NCBI GenBank assembly: GCA_963829525.1
Contig: CAWHIJ010000003.1
Coordinates: 2,327,833-2,391,832 of the forward strand
Length of the DNA: 64,000 nucleotides
Direction of reading: 5' to 3'
Origin: an uncultured Actinomycetota bacterium
GTDB lineage: Bacteria > Actinomycetota > Actinomycetes > JAHEKZ01
Shown: positions 63,846-64,000 of the stretch, in pieces
Layout: each line of letters begins with the position of its first letter
Numbering within the stretch: position 1 is the first letter of the stretch
Made by a program: the position numbers and the translations under genes
Notes under the pieces: generated by a model
What the model was told of the DNA's origin: nothing
The model's input: the letters and a program-made list of their open reading frames with translations, nothing else
The model's database searches: none

Positions 63846-64000
63846 TCTGCGCATCGGAGGGACTGCCGTGCCATGGCAGGGCTCCACTGATCCTCACCGA
63901 AAGAGGCGGCCAACCAAGCCATCATGGTGATCAGCCCGTCGGGAGCGAAGGTACCGCCACACCAGGGAACCGGCAGAGATCGATCAAGGAAGATGCCCGA

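Overview
Gene-dense, high-GC (about 70%) actinobacterial chromosome segment with essentially no non-coding space. The housekeeping backbone is, from memory, collinear with the Mycobacterium tuberculosis Rv1290-Rv1323 region. On the minus strand it reads: argS, lysA-hom-thrC-thrB, rho, rpmE, prfA, prmC(hemK), a Sua5/TsaC-like gene, wecA, the complete F1Fo ATP synthase operon (atpI-like, atpBEFHAGDC), a PduO-type cobalamin adenosyltransferase, murA and nucS. glyA, a tRNA-Arg(CCG) and a two-component system are also present. Accessory content interleaved with this backbone:
- A striking concentration of adenosylcobalamin-dependent acyl-CoA mutase / ethylmalonyl-CoA-pathway genes: icmA-like mutase large subunit, MeaB GTPase, thiolase, methylmalonyl-CoA epimerase, crotonyl-CoA carboxylase/reductase (ccr), three 3-hydroxybutyryl-CoA dehydrogenase paralogs, an ethylmalonyl/methylmalonyl-CoA mutase with fused B12 domain, and the PduO adenosyltransferase.
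- A NitT/TauT-type (sulfonate-like) ABC importer with an Rrf2 regulator and a TauE/SafE exporter.
- A gamma-butyrobetaine-hydroxylase-like TauD-family dioxygenase.
- An uncharacterised block: DUF305, two DUF3105 paralogs and a dimethylglycine-dehydrogenase-like flavoenzyme next to a TetR/PuuB-like oxidoreductase pair.
An important caveat is that at least nine single-base frameshifts interrupt otherwise intact genes, including essential ones (lysA three times, murA, prmC). These are most parsimoniously consensus indel errors in the assembly, so no single 'pseudogene' here should be taken at face value. No transposase, integrase, CRISPR array or phage genes were recognised.
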